Part shown: positions 17,362 through 20,000 of the stretch, piece by piece | Position numbering within the stretch: the stretch's first letter is position 1 | How the letters are laid out: each line of letters opens with the position of its first letter | From: an uncultured virus (IMG/VR IMGVR_UViG_3300036945_000909) | Taxonomy: Duplodnaviria > Heunggongvirae > Uroviricota > Caudoviricetes | DNA length: 20,000 bases | Direction: 5' to 3' (one strand) | IMG/VR virus record: IMGVR_UViG_3300036945_000909 | Position numbers and translations under genes: made by a program | Notes under the pieces: model-generated | Told to the model about the DNA's origin: nothing | Database searches by the model: none | Seen by the model: the letters and a program-made list of their open reading frames with translations, nothing else

Positions 17362-18990
17362 ATGGCAAATTTCGATTTATCAAAACTAATGGAAGGAAAG
17401 AACCCACAACAAGTAATGTTGGCTGAAACACGTCAATTACAATCTAAGTGGGAAAAAACTGGACTTCTTGAAGGTTTAAAAAGCAGAGAGCAATCTCAAA
17501 TTGCAGTTCTTTTAGAGAACCAAGCAAAACAATTATTAGATGAAGCAACAGCAACAGGTACTTCTGCAGGTTCAGAAGAGTGGTCTGGAGTAGCATTACC
17601 ATTGGTAAGAAGAATCTTTGGTGAAATCGCAGCGAAAGAATTCGTTTCGGTTCAACCAATGAACTTACCTTCAGGTCTAATCTTCTTCTTAGATTTCAAA
17701 TACGGAACTGCACAACCAGGTAATCCTGCATTCGCTGGAAAATCTTTGTTCGGTGGTAATGGAACATCTGCAGCTAATTCTGACTTCGGTAGAACTAAAG
17801 CAGCAGTAAACGGTCTTTATGGTGAAGGACGTTATGGATATTCAGTAAATGATTCATCAGTAGCAGTAGCTTCAGGTAACCAATCATTTACAACAGCATC
17901 TTGGTCTGATGTAGGATTTGATTCAGCATTATCTGCATCAATCGCAGCATCTCAAATCGCTAAAATATCTGTATCAAAAGCAAACGTATCTGCAGTTTCT
18001 GACGTAGATGCAGTTCGTTCATTCTATGTATCATCTTCAGTATTCGCAGCAGCAGATTCATTCTACCCTGCATACTCACACTTTGATGGTACAAATTATT
18101 CATTCTTTGCTAAAGTAGCTAACATTTCATCTGGTTCAGGTGCAACTACTTTAACAGTTAAATATTCTGAGCAACCTGCTGCTTACGACAGAGGTGATTT
18201 CGAAGATGGAAATCCAACAGAACCGGCTACTGATTTAGGTATTCCAGAAGTTGATTTAGAATTGAAATCAGAGGCTATCGTTGCTAAGACTCGTAAGTTA
18301 AAAGCAGTGTGGACTCCAGAGTTGGCACAAGACTTAAATGCTTACCACTCAATTGATGCTGAAGCAGAATTAACATCTATGTTGTCTGAATATATCTCAT
18401 TAGAGATTGACTTAGAAATCTTAGATATGTTAAAAGCTAACGCTTTAACAACTGAGTATTGGTCAGTAACTTTAGGTGAAGAGTATAACTCAGCAACAGG
18501 TGCATGGTTAGCAGGAACAAACTCTGCAGCATACACTAAAAACACATGGTTCCAGACTTTAGGTGCTAAAATAAACAAAGTATCTAATAAGATTCACCAA
18601 TTAACATTACGTGGTGGTGCTAACTTCATCGTAGCTTCTCCAGACGTATGTACGGTATTAGAATCTATTCCTGGATTCGTAGTAAACGCAGATAAAGATG
18701 CAATGTCATTCGCAGCTGGTGTAACAGCAGTTGGTTCTATGGCAAATCGTTATACGGTTTACAAAAACCCTTATATGACATCTAACGAAATCTTATTAGG
18801 TTTCAAAGGTTCAAACTTCTTGGAGACTGGAGCAGTTTACGCACCATACGTTCCATTGATTATGACACCATTAGTGTACGATCCAACTAACTTCACGCCA
18901 AGACGTGGTGTTATGACTCGTTACGCTAAGAAGATGGTAAGACCAGAATTCTACGGAAAAATTTATGTTAAAGATTTAGCTAATATCTAA
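17362..18990 (+). CDS. Major capsid protein (T4 gp23-like)
   Basis: KWEKTGLLEG, LLENQ, PLVRR, VQPMNLPSGLIFFLD, AKTRKLKAVWTPELAQDLNAYH, YAPYVPL and FTPRRGVMTRY motifs; AGGAG at 17349-17353. Confidence 0.97.
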   Translation: MANFDLSKLMEGKNPQQVMLAETRQLQSKWEKTGLLEGLKSREQSQIAVLLENQAKQLLDEATATGTSAGSEEWSGVALPLVRRIFGEIAAKEFVSVQPMNLPSGLIFFLDFKYGTAQPGNPAFAGKSLFGGNGTSAANSDFGRTKAAVNGLYGEGRYGYSVNDSSVAVASGNQSFTTASWSDVGFDSALSASIAASQIAKISVSKANVSAVSDVDAVRSFYVSSSVFAAADSFYPAYSHFDGTNYSFFAKVANISSGSGATTLTVKYSEQPAAYDRGDFEDGNPTEPATDLGIPEVDLELKSEAIVAKTRKLKAVWTPELAQDLNAYHSIDAEAELTSMLSEYISLEIDLEILDMLKANALTTEYWSVTLGEEYNSATGAWLAGTNSAAYTKNTWFQTLGAKINKVSNKIHQLTLRGGANFIVASPDVCTVLESIPGFVVNADKDAMSFAAGVTAVGSMANRYTVYKNPYMTSNEILLGFKGSNFLETGAVYAPYVPLIMTPLVYDPTNFTPRRGVMTRYAKKMVRPEFYGKIYVKDLANI

Positions 18991-19024
18991 TCTTAACAGA
19001 ATTGACGTAACGATTCAATAATAG

Positions 19025-19054
19025 AAAGAGGGAAACGAAAGTTTCCCTTTTTTT
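19025..19054 (+). terminator. Rho-independent terminator after the major capsid gene
   Basis: Stem AGGGAAAC (19029-19036), GAAA loop, GTTTCCCT (19041-19048), followed by a T-run to 19054. Confidence 0.9.
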
Positions 19055-19092
19055 ATGTCCTAGTATATATTATGGAAACCTTGTGGTTAAAC

Positions 19093-19142
19093 ATTCAGTG
19101 TCTTATATGACATTTGAGTTGGAGAAATACCAACAAATGAAT
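19093..19142 (+). ncRNA. Candidate three-way-junction RNA leader
   Basis: P1 ATTCA/TGAAT, P2 GTGTC/GACAT, P3 GTTGG/CCAAC. Confidence 0.4.
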
Positions 19143-19171
19143 TTTTAAATACAAACAAAAATAAGGAAATT

Positions 19172-19969
19172 ATGAAACAATCAGTTTGGACAAGTGGAAG
19201 TCCGTCAAATCCACAAGCGTTTATCACCAAAGGTAAACAAAGAATCAAACAATTCGAAGGACAAGTCTATCTTAATGATGGAGATGAATATCAAATCGAA
19301 TTATTCAACCCAACTCCAAATCACGTCTTAGCAAAAATCAAAATCGATAAGGATTATTTATCAGGTGGTGGTATTGTATTACGACCAGGTGAGAGAGTGT
19401 TTTTAGAACGTTTCTTGGATTCAAATAATAAATTTGTATTCAGAACCTATGAAGTAGGTAAAGAGGCAGTTAATGTAGGTGCTATTGATAATAATGGATA
19501 TGTAGAAATACAATTCTTTGCTGAATATACATCTTCTAACTTTTTAAATAGTGGGTTTACTACAATTAGCACCAATAATAGTGGAAATTGGGGTGGTAAT
19601 ACATTTACTACTAATACATTGGGAATTAGTGGAGTTACGAATACTGCATATTATAGTAATACGGGAACTTTAACATCAGGTATTAGTTCAATCGTATCAT
19701 CCAACACATTAGCAGGACCAAATATTCGAAGTACGAATAAAGTTGAAACCGGTACAACTGAAAAAGGAGATACATCTAATCAACAATTTACATCATCAAA
19801 TAGAAGTTTTAATTCATATTCATTTCATAATGTAGCATGGAGAATTTTACCCACATCACAAAAGCAATACCACAAAGAAGATTTAGGTGTATTGTATTGT
19901 GGTGAGTGTGGTGCAAAAAGAAAAAAAGATACACATAAGTTCTGTCCACATTGCGGAACTAAATTTTAA
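19172..19969 (+). CDS. Hypothetical protein: beta-rich N-terminal domain, S/T/N/G-rich linker, C-terminal zinc ribbon
   Basis: 265 aa; YCGECG..FCPHCG; AGGA at 19164-19167. Confidence 0.75.
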   Translation: MKQSVWTSGSPSNPQAFITKGKQRIKQFEGQVYLNDGDEYQIELFNPTPNHVLAKIKIDKDYLSGGGIVLRPGERVFLERFLDSNNKFVFRTYEVGKEAVNVGAIDNNGYVEIQFFAEYTSSNFLNSGFTTISTNNSGNWGGNTFTTNTLGISGVTNTAYYSNTGTLTSGISSIVSSNTLAGPNIRSTNKVETGTTEKGDTSNQQFTSSNRSFNSYSFHNVAWRILPTSQKQYHKEDLGVLYCGECGAKRKKDTHKFCPHCGTKF

Positions 19970-20000
19970 TTAACAAAATCACAAGGTATTCACTAAGGAG

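Noticed and set aside
503..18578. Minus-strand ORFs in the track (e.g. 503-703, 992-1255, 2261-2638, 3479-3763, 8056-8343, 11570-11833, 12224-12586, 15998-16264, 18342-18578)
   Set aside because: Antisense shadows of well-supported + strand genes, with no recognisable motifs.
1..20000. Stop-codon reassignment (alternative genetic code)
   Set aside because: Core genes are intact in the standard code. TAG ends terL (7003-7005) and the 13045 gene at plausible termini, and coding density is high.

Overview
AT-rich head-assembly and DNA-packaging region of a large tailed phage with T4-like head genes. All credible genes lie on the + strand. Order: a 5'-truncated multidomain protein, a Cys-rich hypothetical, an overlapping coiled-coil membrane pair, terminase large subunit, a small head-associated protein, portal, several putative internal head proteins, prohead protease, a tandemly duplicated protein, a phage-encoded ribosomal protein bS21, an acidic scaffold, major capsid protein, an intrinsic terminator and a zinc-ribbon protein. 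A bS21 among core structural genes plus a Q-type signal peptide suggest a Bacteroidota host (inference). Main observations: (1) 13 of 17 complete genes have an AGGA(G) Shine-Dalgarno-like motif while bS21 lacks one, suggesting a translation-takeover mechanism; (2) putative head polyproteins are built from cassettes bounded by a recurring ES[IV]NE linker (15-bp DNA motif), and several share an MIKLxxLLxE-type leader, suggesting protease-released, swappable capsid cargo; (3) a 116-bp perfect repeat inside an otherwise diverged duplication; (4) two candidate structured RNA leaders, a long-range stem enclosing a whole gene, and a recurring TATATTTAT promoter-like motif. Family assignments come from motif recognition only; no database searches were run.
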